Assembly: GCA_026387835.1 (NCBI GenBank)
Contig: JAPLKZ010000013.1
Location: 60,001 to 92,000 of the forward strand
DNA from: Candidatus Saganbacteria bacterium
GTDB taxonomy: Bacteria > Margulisbacteria > WOR-1 > JAKLHX01
Direction: 5' to 3'
DNA: 32,000 bases
Shown in pieces: positions 23,248 through 32,000 of the stretch. Position 1 is the stretch's first letter. Each line of letters starts with the position of its first letter. Below the pieces are notes generated by a model. The model was not told the origin of the DNA. It saw nothing but the letters and a program-made list of their open reading frames with translations, and made no database searches. Position numbers and translations under genes: made by a program.

Positions 23248-25809
23248 ATGGACGGAGCAAAGCCTGCAGATCTGAATGTTAAACCGGAGTTGGCTCAATC
23301 ACTCATTGGCAAGCCGCAGTTTACAAGAGAACCAATTACTGCACCTGTCCCCATAGAAAGACCGGACATGAAAGTGGTCGAACAGCCAGTGGTCCCCGAG
23401 TTCCGGTGGGCTCAGTATGTTCCGAGTATTCCAAAGGACAAGATAGATGAAATAGACAGTGTAGTAGCGGCAGAAGAAAAGAAAATGAAAGGTGCCGGGA
23501 TAGATACAGAAAAACTTAAAAAGGAAATGGGGCTCGGCCCCCTTCAATGGAAAATGTTCTGTGAAAGCCTGGCGAGTCCGAAGTTACTTGCACAGGACAA
23601 AGAATTATTTCAGAAATACCTGAAAGCCCTGACAGGTGACGGTTCGGGACTAAGTGTTTTGACGGAAAAAATATCCGGGCGTATTGCAGACGTGTTTTTC
23701 GATGCTTTGGAGAAATATTCCGGCAAAGAGGACCCGGGAAAAAGGCTAAAGAATTTTGATGCCATGTTTGAACTGGTCACATATTTCACAAGCAGGGAAC
23801 AGGCCCAGATGCTGAGCGGTTTAGACGAAAGGATATCAAAACTGCTTACTGAACAGAATAAGTCCTTGTTTAATTTTATTAATAACCGTGACCTGAAAAG
23901 AAAAGAAAAAGTCCGCGAGATTTTGGAAGCTTATAAAAACGCTTTTAACGGCGGAATATTCGGGACACGGGAAAGAGCCGACAATTTCAGGGCAATGTCG
24001 ATGCTTAATATGTTCGCATTGCTTAAAGATGTTGATCAGACAGCTATGTCGTTTGATAAAGAATTCGGCAAGTATGAGGATATCAAAGAAATTGCGACAA
24101 GGATATTATCTCTTTCAAACGAAGCGAATTCTGCTTCAAAGTTAGACGACTATGCCGTGCGGGGTAAGTTCCTGGAAGATTACCAGGAGCTGATAGGGAA
24201 ATATTATGCCGAACTATGCAAGGAAAAGCCGGATCATGAAAGGGTACGCAAGTTGGGGATGATAGCCGCGCAAAGCGACGAGTTGTTTTTTAATCTCAGC
24301 ATACTGTTTAAAGAAAGAGACAAAATAATCAGTATAGTCGCGAAAAATTTCCCTTCTGTAAAATCCGATCAGAAACACTCCGTCTTTGTATGCGCGACTT
24401 CAGCACTTCCTGACAAGGTCATCGGGATCGATATCAAGGGGACCCTTGAAGGCATCAAGTTAGAAGACGGGACCACTCTCCTGGATTACGTAAAGAGCAA
24501 CAGCAGGTTCATTGTCTTTTCGGATGATTACAAAGATGATGAAAGCCGTCTTGCTTTTATCGGCGGCGGCAGCGCAGGATGCTACGCCGGGGCAGGCGTG
24601 ATAATGATCAACGCAAAAGCATTAAAAGCGTTGAAAGACACGGGGAAAATAAAAACAGAGCTTGTCATGATCTTAAGCCATGAAACCAGGCACGCGGCAG
24701 ACGACAGGCGTTTAAGCGTAGATTCTGATGCGAGATTTTCAACGATCACGGAACTGAACGCATACAAATTCGAGCTCAAAATAATGCAGCAATTGATGAC
24801 GGCAGACGAGAGGGAACATGTTGAAGCTTTGGTAAAAGGGGCCGGAGAAATAGTGGCGCTATTCAAACAGGGGCACGATATCGACCTGAACGTTTATCCG
24901 ACGAAGACCCCTGCATTCATAGCATTCGAAATGACATCCCGGCTTTCCCTTGCAGGTATAATATCAAAGAAAGAAAGGAATGGTTTTCAGGCGATATTCG
25001 ATGATGCCCTTCTGGGAAAGGTAAAGCTTGAGGATGTGGCGGATAAAAGATTTCAAGATGTAACGCTGAAAATCATCTATTTTCTAAGACCGGTACTCGC
25101 GGGGAAGGATTACAAGAGCGCAATAATCGCGTTAAAAACCCCCCCGGTCGACAGTAAAGCAGAACAAGGTAAAAATCAGATAGACGATAATGATGTCTTA
25201 AACTTTCTCGTCAAGGAAACGAATAAAATTATCGGTAATTGCGCTTCTTTGTGCTTAAGTGCCGGAGTCTTGACGGAAGCAGAGGCGGAAAAGACAATTG
25301 CTCCTATTTATGACGTGATCTTTAACGGTGCAAAACTGGAAAATATAAATAATGAGGGATTTTGCCGGATGTTCATGATGTTTTTGCCAATGTCTTATTC
25401 GGAGATCAAGACAAAAAATTATAAGGAAGCTATTGCAGGATTGATAAAAAACGGGAAAACCGACAAGTCGATAATGATAGACATAGTTAAACAGGCGGTG
25501 AAGAGAAATAATCTCACCAATGAGGTAATAGAGTTTCTCTCAAAAAGAGCGACCGGCGGAGAAAAGATCAATGAAGAAACGATAAAAATAATTTTGGGAT
25601 TGAACCTGGGCTTGATAGACCTCTTTCAGATCAAAGATGAGAATTTCCGATCGTTGACATTGAGGCTGTTCAAGAGTTCAAGGATAAAAGGGGAAATAAA
25701 AAATTATAATGAAGCGGTAGAATTTTTACATGAAAAATATCCGAAAATTAAGGATGACTCAGAATTATTTATTGCTTTTTTAAGAGAAGTATATAAGTCG
25801 CATCAATAA
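23248..25809 (+). CDS. Large hypothetical protein with HExxH (HETRH) zincin-like motif and three C-terminal repeat modules
   Basis: GGAGGG SD upstream of ATG 23248; the ORF track starts at 23185. MILSHETRHAAD lies at 24679-24693, preceded by GGSAGCYAGAGVIMIN. No signal peptide or TM helix seen. Confidence 0.7.
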   Translation: MDGAKPADLNVKPELAQSLIGKPQFTREPITAPVPIERPDMKVVEQPVVPEFRWAQYVPSIPKDKIDEIDSVVAAEEKKMKGAGIDTEKLKKEMGLGPLQWKMFCESLASPKLLAQDKELFQKYLKALTGDGSGLSVLTEKISGRIADVFFDALEKYSGKEDPGKRLKNFDAMFELVTYFTSREQAQMLSGLDERISKLLTEQNKSLFNFINNRDLKRKEKVREILEAYKNAFNGGIFGTRERADNFRAMSMLNMFALLKDVDQTAMSFDKEFGKYEDIKEIATRILSLSNEANSASKLDDYAVRGKFLEDYQELIGKYYAELCKEKPDHERVRKLGMIAAQSDELFFNLSILFKERDKIISIVAKNFPSVKSDQKHSVFVCATSALPDKVIGIDIKGTLEGIKLEDGTTLLDYVKSNSRFIVFSDDYKDDESRLAFIGGGSAGCYAGAGVIMINAKALKALKDTGKIKTELVMILSHETRHAADDRRLSVDSDARFSTITELNAYKFELKIMQQLMTADEREHVEALVKGAGEIVALFKQGHDIDLNVYPTKTPAFIAFEMTSRLSLAGIISKKERNGFQAIFDDALLGKVKLEDVADKRFQDVTLKIIYFLRPVLAGKDYKSAIIALKTPPVDSKAEQGKNQIDDNDVLNFLVKETNKIIGNCASLCLSAGVLTEAEAEKTIAPIYDVIFNGAKLENINNEGFCRMFMMFLPMSYSEIKTKNYKEAIAGLIKNGKTDKSIMIDIVKQAVKRNNLTNEVIEFLSKRATGGEKINEETIKIILGLNLGLIDLFQIKDENFRSLTLRLFKSSRIKGEIKNYNEAVEFLHEKYPKIKDDSELFIAFLREVYKSHQ

Positions 25810-25813
25810 GGCC

Positions 25814-26599
25814 ATGCCGGAATTGTTGTCATTCTCTCGATTATATAATAGAATTAATCATCAGATGGCAACACTTCTCTGGATAATCGGGGCGACGGTC
25901 GTAGACAGCCTGATGGGGCTTGCGGGAATCGTAAGCCTCTGGATGCGGCCGGACACTCTGAACAGGTTCATTAAATTCTTCATAGCTTTTTCTGCGGGAG
26001 TGCTTATCGGCGGGGCATTTTTCCATCTTCTTGTGGAATCTCTTTCCCTGCTTTCACCAAATCTAACTTTTCTAACAACTGTCATCGGTTTTCTCCTATT
26101 CTTCGTCTTTGAAGAATATCTGCACTGGCACCTTTGCGAAGAATGCGAGATACACCCCTACAGTTATCTGATGATAGTGGGGGATAGCATACATAATATA
26201 ATTGACGGTCTTGTCATAGCGGGAGCTTTCATCGTTAGCGTCCCTCTCGGAGTGGTGACGACAATAATGATCCTTGGTCATGAGATCCCGCAGGAGCTCG
26301 GAGTGTTCGCGATACTGGTTTCCGGTGGCATTAAGAACACAAAAGCAATAGCTTACAGCTTCTTCGCGCAGTGTTCATGCGTGCTGGGCGGTATCATCGG
26401 GTTCATGTTCATGCAGAGGATCACGGTCCTTTCTTCATTCCTTCTACCGTTCGCTGCAGGAGGATTTATTTACATTGCCGCTTCCGACCTTATTCCGGGT
26501 ATGCACAAGACCGAAGGTTTTGGTAAAGTCACCTCGTTCATCTGGCTTTGTCTCGGCATTGCGTTCATGATCGCGGCAAAAGCCCTGTTCGGGGCATGA
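25814..26599 (+). CDS. ZIP-family divalent metal (zinc) transporter
   Basis: Multi-pass membrane protein with the ZIP signature GHEIPQELGVFAIL. An alternative start is ATG 25865 (MATLLWIIG). Confidence 0.85.
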   Translation: MPELLSFSRLYNRINHQMATLLWIIGATVVDSLMGLAGIVSLWMRPDTLNRFIKFFIAFSAGVLIGGAFFHLLVESLSLLSPNLTFLTTVIGFLLFFVFEEYLHWHLCEECEIHPYSYLMIVGDSIHNIIDGLVIAGAFIVSVPLGVVTTIMILGHEIPQELGVFAILVSGGIKNTKAIAYSFFAQCSCVLGGIIGFMFMQRITVLSSFLLPFAAGGFIYIAASDLIPGMHKTEGFGKVTSFIWLCLGIAFMIAAKALFGA

Positions 26600-26664
26600 T
26601 CTCCTCTAAGTTGAACTGAATATTCATATCTGATAAAATATATCAAATAAGCAAGGAAACTACT

Positions 26665-28338
26665 ATGGAACTCACGGGCGCGCAGGCGCTGCTTGAATCG
26701 TTAAAGAAAGAGGGGGTCGAGGTCATCTTCGGACTTCCCGGAGGACAGGTACTGCCTCTTTATGACGCGCTGTACAGTGAAAAAGGTATCAGGCATATCC
26801 TTGTCAGGCACGAACAGGGTGCGGGGCATGCTGCGGACGGCTACGCCAGGGCAAGCGGAAAAGTCGGGGTCTGCCTGGCTACTTCAGGTCCCGGCGCGAC
26901 GAATCTTGTCACGGCGATCGCGAATGCGCACATGGATTCTATCCCGATGGTCGCTATCACAGGGCAGGTCGGTACCGCTTTCCTCGGAAAAGATTCTTTC
27001 CAGGAAGCGGATATCACGGGAATAACGCTTCCCATTACAAAACATAGTTACCTTGTGAAGGATGCTTCTCAAATTCCTTATATCGTCAAGGAAGCGTTCC
27101 ATATCGCATCTACAGGAAGACCGGGCCCGGTCCTGATAGATATACCCAAAGATATTCAGATAAAAAAGATAGAATTCAATTATCCGGAGAAATTAGATCT
27201 GGATTCATATAAGCCGACATATCACGGCCATCCGAAGCAGATATCCATCGCTTCAAAACTGATCGACTCGGCGCAAAAGCCGATGATATATGCGGGAGGC
27301 GGTGTCATCATGGCGGGAGCTGAAAAAGAACTGCTTGAGCTCGCGACAAAAATATCGGCGCCTGTCACGACAACTTTGATGGGAAAAGGCGCTTTCCCGG
27401 AGACTCATCCGCTCTCTCTCGGAATGCTTGGGATGCACGGGACGGTCTATGCCAACTACGCGGTCACGGAATGCGATGTTCTCATCGCGATCGGCGCGAG
27501 GTTCGATGACAGGGTCACCGGCCACATAGACCATTTTGCGCCGAATGCCAAGATCATCCATATCGATATCGATCCCGCTGAAATAGGGAAAAATGTTTCC
27601 GTTGACATCCCCATAGTCGGCGATGTCAAGAATGTCCTTACGGCTCTAAACAAGCACGTCAAGCAAAAAGAAGCGCATTCGCCATGGATCGCGCAGGTCA
27701 TGGGATGGAAAGAAAAGCATCCGCTCTGCTATAAAGACGACGGAACGCTGAAGCCGCAGGCAGTCATAGAGAAAATATACGAAGTCACAAAGGGCGAAGC
27801 GATAATCTGCACTGAAGTCGGGCAGAACCAGATGTGGGCGGCGCAATATTATAAATATACCAAGCCGAGGACATTTATTTCTTCCGGCGGTCTTGGTACG
27901 ATGGGATTTGGGTTCCCTGCTGCTATAGGAGCGCAGGTCGCGTGTCCTGACAAGATAGTCATCGATATAGCGGGCGACGGAAGCATACAGATGAACATAC
28001 AGGAGTTAAATACAGCGGTAAATAATAAATTGCCGGTCATTATCGCTATTTTGAATAACCGTTATCTGGGGATGGTCCGCCAGTGGCAGGAACTTTTGCA
28101 CGGCAGAAGATATTCGCACACGGATCTGGAAGACAATCCCGATTTTGTCAAGATCGCGCAGGCTTACGGAGCGAACGCGATAAGGGTCGAAAAGCTCGAA
28201 GACGTCGGGCCGGCCCTGAAAAAAGCCATTGCTTCAAGAGACAAGCCGACCGTCATCGAGTTTGTTGTTACCAGGGAAGAGAATGTTTTTCCGTTCGTTC
28301 CCGCGGGACAGCCGATAAATGAAATGATAGTCGATTAA
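26665..28338 (+). CDS. ilvB: Acetolactate synthase, large (catalytic) subunit
   Basis: ThDP enzyme motifs [16 protein letters not shown] and GDGS..MN.QEL, 557 aa, followed by ilvN and ilvC. Confidence 0.93.
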   Translation: MELTGAQALLESLKKEGVEVIFGLPGGQVLPLYDALYSEKGIRHILVRHEQGAGHAADGYARASGKVGVCLATSGPGATNLVTAIANAHMDSIPMVAITGQVGTAFLGKDSFQEADITGITLPITKHSYLVKDASQIPYIVKEAFHIASTGRPGPVLIDIPKDIQIKKIEFNYPEKLDLDSYKPTYHGHPKQISIASKLIDSAQKPMIYAGGGVIMAGAEKELLELATKISAPVTTTLMGKGAFPETHPLSLGMLGMHGTVYANYAVTECDVLIAIGARFDDRVTGHIDHFAPNAKIIHIDIDPAEIGKNVSVDIPIVGDVKNVLTALNKHVKQKEAHSPWIAQVMGWKEKHPLCYKDDGTLKPQAVIEKIYEVTKGEAIICTEVGQNQMWAAQYYKYTKPRTFISSGGLGTMGFGFPAAIGAQVACPDKIVIDIAGDGSIQMNIQELNTAVNNKLPVIIAILNNRYLGMVRQWQELLHGRRYSHTDLEDNPDFVKIAQAYGANAIRVEKLEDVGPALKKAIASRDKPTVIEFVVTREENVFPFVPAGQPINEMIVD

Positions 28339-28349
28339 CACGGAAGAAA

Positions 28350-28841
28350 ATGATGAAAAAACATACAATAGCGGTGATCGTCAACAATAGAGCCGGGGTC
28401 CTGTCAAGGGTTTCCGGGCTTTTCAGCAGGCGCGGATACAACATCCACAGTCTTGCGGTGGGAACTACGGAGGATGAGGACCTTTCAAGGATGACGATCG
28501 TTGTCGAGGGCGACGATGAAGTCCTGGAACAGATCACAAAACAGCTTTATAAGATAATAGAAGTGGTAAGGGTTTACGAGCTTTCAAACATAAATGCCGT
28601 CGACAGGGAACTTGTCATGATAAAAGTCGCGGCCAGTGATATCACGAGACCGGAGATCCAGCAGATAGTCGATATCTTCAGGGCAAAGGTAGTCGATCTA
28701 GGGGAGACCGCGCTTATCATAGAGGCGACCGGAGATTCGAAGAAGATCGACGCGCTCGAAGAGCTGCTTAAAAAGTTTGGTATAAGGGAGATGGTAAGGA
28801 CAGGGAAGATCTCGCTGGCGAGAAGCGAAGAAACAAAATAA
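28350..28841 (+). CDS. ilvN: Acetolactate synthase, small (regulatory) subunit
   Basis: ACT domain HTIAVIVNNRAGVLSRVSGLFSRRGYNIHSLAVG; 163 aa. Confidence 0.9.
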   Translation: MMKKHTIAVIVNNRAGVLSRVSGLFSRRGYNIHSLAVGTTEDEDLSRMTIVVEGDDEVLEQITKQLYKIIEVVRVYELSNINAVDRELVMIKVAASDITRPEIQQIVDIFRAKVVDLGETALIIEATGDSKKIDALEELLKKFGIREMVRTGKISLARSEETK

Positions 28842-28856
28842 AGAAAGGGGAAAGAA

Positions 28857-29858
28857 ATGGCGAAAGTTTATTATGATAAGGATGCGGACCTCAAGTTGTT
28901 GAAGGGAAAGACAGTTGCGATAATCGGTTACGGCAGCCAGGGCGGGGCACAGGGGAGCAATCTTAGGGACAGCGGCGTGGATGTTATCGTGGCCGAGCTT
29001 CCCGGGACACCTAACTACGAGCGTGCAAAAAAAGACAAGATGAAGATCATGACTGCAGATGAAGCGGCGAAACAGGCAGATATCATACAGATCCTTGTGC
29101 CTGATGAACTTCAGTCAAGGGTCTATAAGGAATCCATAGAGAAGCACCTGAAAAAAGGGAAAGTGCTTGTATTCTCACATGGGTTCAACATCCATTTTCA
29201 CCAGATAATCCCGCCCAAGGATGTCGATGTCATAATGATCGCGCCCAAAGGGCCGGGACCTCTTGTCAGAAAATTGTATGTTGATGGCGGCGGAGTGCCG
29301 GCTTTGATAGCGGTGTTCCAGGATGCTTCAGGGAAAGCAAAAAAGATAGCTCTCGCGCATGCCAAGGGCATCGGAGCGACACGCGCCGGAGTGCTTGAGA
29401 CGACATTCAAGGAAGAAACGGAGACCGACCTTTTCGGGGAGCAGGCGGTCCTTTGTGGCGGATGCACGGCGCTTGTGATCGCGGGGTTCGAGACGCTGGT
29501 CAACGCGGGCTACCAGCCCGAGATAGCTTATTTTGAATGCATGCACGAACTGAAGCTGATAGTCGACCTGATGTATGAAAAAGGTATGTCCGGGATGAGG
29601 GCGGCGATCAGCAACACGGCCGAGTACGGTGATTTCACAGTCGGGCCGTTCGTCATCGATGAGTCGGTCAGACAGAGGATGCAGTACGTGCTTTCAAGGA
29701 TCCAGACTGGAGCTTTCGCCAAAGAATGGATACTTGAGAACCAGGCGGGAAGGCCGGTATTCCTGGCGCACAGAAGAAGAGGCATCGAACATCTGATAGA
29801 AAAAGTCGGCAAAGAGCTCCGCAAGATGATGAGCTGGATACCGAAGACGAACGCTTAA
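28857..29858 (+). CDS. ilvC: Ketol-acid reductoisomerase
   Basis: [23 protein letters not shown] site, [20 protein letters not shown]. Confidence 0.93.
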   Translation: MAKVYYDKDADLKLLKGKTVAIIGYGSQGGAQGSNLRDSGVDVIVAELPGTPNYERAKKDKMKIMTADEAAKQADIIQILVPDELQSRVYKESIEKHLKKGKVLVFSHGFNIHFHQIIPPKDVDVIMIAPKGPGPLVRKLYVDGGGVPALIAVFQDASGKAKKIALAHAKGIGATRAGVLETTFKEETETDLFGEQAVLCGGCTALVIAGFETLVNAGYQPEIAYFECMHELKLIVDLMYEKGMSGMRAAISNTAEYGDFTVGPFVIDESVRQRMQYVLSRIQTGAFAKEWILENQAGRPVFLAHRRRGIEHLIEKVGKELRKMMSWIPKTNA

Positions 29859-29872
29859 GAGATCGTACTGCA

Positions 29873-31024
29873 GTGAAAAAACGCATCGCAGTACTGGGTT
29901 CAACAGGATCTATCGGAAAGCAGGTACTGGAAGCAGTATCTGCCTTTCCTTCTTTATTTACCATAAACGGGCTTGCCACTAAAGGTTATCTCGATATTTT
30001 CAAAAAGCAGATAAAAGAATTTAAACCAAAGCATGCTATTGTCAACGATGAGAAAGGATTGATAAAAATTGCTACAGATCCCGGCACGGATATCGTAGTG
30101 ATGTCGATCGTCGGGACAGCGGGACTTCCGGCAACCATAGCCGCAATAAAAAAAGGAAAGACGATCCTTCTTGCAAGCAAAGAAATACTTGTTGCTGCCG
30201 GGGATATTGTGATGCCTCTGGCAAAGAAGTACAGAGCTAAGATTCTTCCTCTGGATAGCGAGCACAGCGCGGTATTTCAGTGTCTTGGAGGAAAATCCGA
30301 AATCCGAAGCACGAAATCCCCCTCGACTTCGCTCGGGGCAAGCGAAAAAAATTCAAAATTCAAAATTCAAAACAACAGAATAAAAAAAATAATCCTCACT
30401 GCATCAGGCGGGCCGTTCAGGGCATATTCAAAAGCCCAACTGAAAAAAGTGACCGCAAAACAGGCCCTGGCGCATCCTACATGGAAGATGGGGCCGAAAA
30501 TAACGATAGATTCTGCTACGCTGATGAACAAAGGACTTGAGGTCATTGAAGCGCATCATCTTTTCGGGGTTCCTTATGACAAGATCGAGGTCGTCGTTCA
30601 TCCGCAGAGCATAATCCATTCGATGGTGGAATTCACCGACGGCTCTATTCTTGCTCAGATGGGAGCCCCTGATATGAGGACTCCGATACAGTATGCGCTT
30701 CATTATCCTGACAGGGCACCGAAGAGCTTTGAGACCATCGATATTTCAAAAGCCGGCCAATTAACATTTGAAAAACCGGACGCGGATAGGTTTCCGTGTC
30801 TAAAGATTGCATATCAAGCGGGAAAAACAGGCGGGACCATGCCGGCCGTGATGTCCGCGGCGAACGATACTGCGGTCGAGATGTTCCTTAAAGGCAAGAT
30901 CAGGTTCACGGATATTCCGAAGATAGTTTTATCGGTAATGAAAAAGCATGAGTTTATCAGAAAACCTTCACTTGCTCAGATACTCAAAGCGGAGAAATGG
31001 GCGAGAACTGAAGCGGGTGTATAA
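29873..31024 (+). CDS. dxr: 1-deoxy-D-xylulose-5-phosphate reductoisomerase
   Basis: [33 protein letters not shown] and NKGLEVIEA motifs, with a GTG start. It contains a repeat-derived insert (next feature). Confidence 0.92.
   Translation: MKKRIAVLGSTGSIGKQVLEAVSAFPSLFTINGLATKGYLDIFKKQIKEFKPKHAIVNDEKGLIKIATDPGTDIVVMSIVGTAGLPATIAAIKKGKTILLASKEILVAAGDIVMPLAKKYRAKILPLDSEHSAVFQCLGGKSEIRSTKSPSTSLGASEKNSKFKIQNNRIKKIILTASGGPFRAYSKAQLKKVTAKQALAHPTWKMGPKITIDSATLMNKGLEVIEAHHLFGVPYDKIEVVVHPQSIIHSMVEFTDGSILAQMGAPDMRTPIQYALHYPDRAPKSFETIDISKAGQLTFEKPDADRFPCLKIAYQAGKTGGTMPAVMSAANDTAVEMFLKGKIRFTDIPKIVLSVMKKHEFIRKPSLAQILKAEKWARTEAGV
30291..30376 (+). repeat. Heptamer repeat with GC-rich core, in frame inside dxr
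   Basis: The DNA reads gaaaatc cgaaatc cgaagca cgaaatc - ccctcgacttcgctcggggcaagcg - aaaaaaattc aaaattc aaaattc aaaac. It translates to [27 protein letters not shown]. Confidence 0.7.
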
Positions 31025-31032
31025 TATACCTA

Positions 31033-32000
31033 TGGACAAAGGACAATTAGAAGTATTGCGCCATTCCACCTCCCACATAATGGCGATGGCGGTAAAGGAA
31101 CTTTTTCCGGAAGCAAAGCTGGCTATAGGCCCCGCGATAGAAGAAGGTTTTTATTATGATTTTGAGATCCCCAGCGTACTTACACCGGAAGACCTCAAGA
31201 AGATCGAAGACAAGATGAAAGAAATAATCAAAAGGGACATTAAATTCGAGCGGATCGAGATGGACAAGGGAAAAGCGATAAAAGAGATGGAAAAACTCGG
31301 GGAAAAATATAAAGTAGAGCTTTTAAAAGAAATTGAAGGTGACAAGGTTACTTTTTATAGGAATGCGGGCTTTACAGATCTTTGCAGAGGGCCGCATATC
31401 GAATCTACGGGAAAAGCAAAAGCTTTCAAGCTGCTCAAACTTGCAGGAGCATACTGGAGAGGAAGCGAAAAGAATAAAATGCTCCAGAGGATTTACGGGA
31501 CATCTTTTGACACGGAAAAAGAACTTGAAGATCATATTAAAAGGATGGAAGAAGCCGAGAAAAGAGACCACAGGCGTCTCGGAAAAGAGCTTGATCTTTT
31601 TAATATCTACCATGAAGAAGCGGGAGCCGGACTTGTGTTTTATCATCCGAAAGGCGCAGTCTTAAGGGGGGTGATAGAGGATTACCTGAAAGCAGAGCAC
31701 AGAAAACGCGGCTACCAGACGGTCATCATCCCTCATATTGCGAAAATGGATCTCTGGCAGACATCAGGCCACGCGGATTATTACAAAGACAACATGTATT
31801 TCATGGATATCGACGAACAAAAGTATGTGCTGAAACCGATGAACTGCCCGGGACATATTTTGATATACAAAAGGAAACTGAACAGCTACCGTGACCTGCC
31901 GGTAAGGTTTTTCGAACTTGGGACAGTATACAGGCATGAAAGGTCCGGCGTGCTCCACGGACTTCTAAGGGTCCGCGGTTTCACGCAGGATGACGCGCAT
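31033..32000 (+). CDS. thrS: Threonyl-tRNA synthetase (5' part, continues beyond the window)
   Basis: Not in the ORF track because it is open-ended. It reads [45 protein letters not shown] ... KPMNCPGH ... [11 protein letters not shown]. Confidence 0.9.

Noticed and set aside
26126-26137. TGGCAC followed by CTTTGC, resembling a sigma-54 -24/-12 promoter
   Set aside because: The GG-to-GC spacing is about 3 nt too short for the TGGCAC-N5-TTGC consensus. The site is also inside the ZIP transporter CDS with no downstream gene start.

Overview
This window is a tightly packed, mostly housekeeping stretch from what looks like an uncultivated diderm bacterium. The lineage is not determinable from sequence alone, and an Omnitrophota-like or candidate-phylum origin is only a guess. 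Genes I recognise, in order: rsfS, an LCP-family gene and yqeK (minus strand); a stand-alone GlmU-like uridyltransferase; a degenerate NtrC-type response regulator; PGM/PMM; a LigB/Memo-like plus AMMECR1 pair; argC-argJ-argB; a small zincin-like ORF; an FAD-linked oxidase; rluD; an FGE/SUMF1-fold protein; ruvC-ruvA; a YqeG-type HAD phosphatase; a short family-5 SBP-like protein; an OMP-like beta-barrel; lipA, an aminotransferase, pdxA and rsmA (minus-strand operon); a large zincin-like ORF followed by a ZIP transporter; ilvB-ilvN-ilvC; dxr; and the 5' part of thrS. I found no rRNA, tRNA, CRISPR array, transposase or integrase. I cannot demonstrate a complete novel system. Five things deserve follow-up. 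(1) A dispersed heptamer-based repeat (GAAATYC units, shared core GAAATYCGAAnnnCGAAATYC) sits in frame inside two enzymes (the FAD oxidase and Dxr), fills the pdxA-rsmA spacer, and possibly flanks the FGE locus in degraded form. (2) There is a likely remnant of a diversity-generating retroelement: an FGE-fold protein with a VR-like C-terminal tail, then a truncated Avd-like ORF, with no TR or reverse transcriptase in the window, followed by an orphan ORF. (3) Two unannotatable HExxH proteins share the same local motif layout, and the larger one is followed by a ZIP metal transporter. (4) A TATAAT-N6-8-ATG geometry recurs and implies that many transcription units are leaderless. (5) A sigma-54 activator homologue has lost its ATPase and GAFTGA motifs. 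All functional calls rest on motif recognition by eye; no searches were run.
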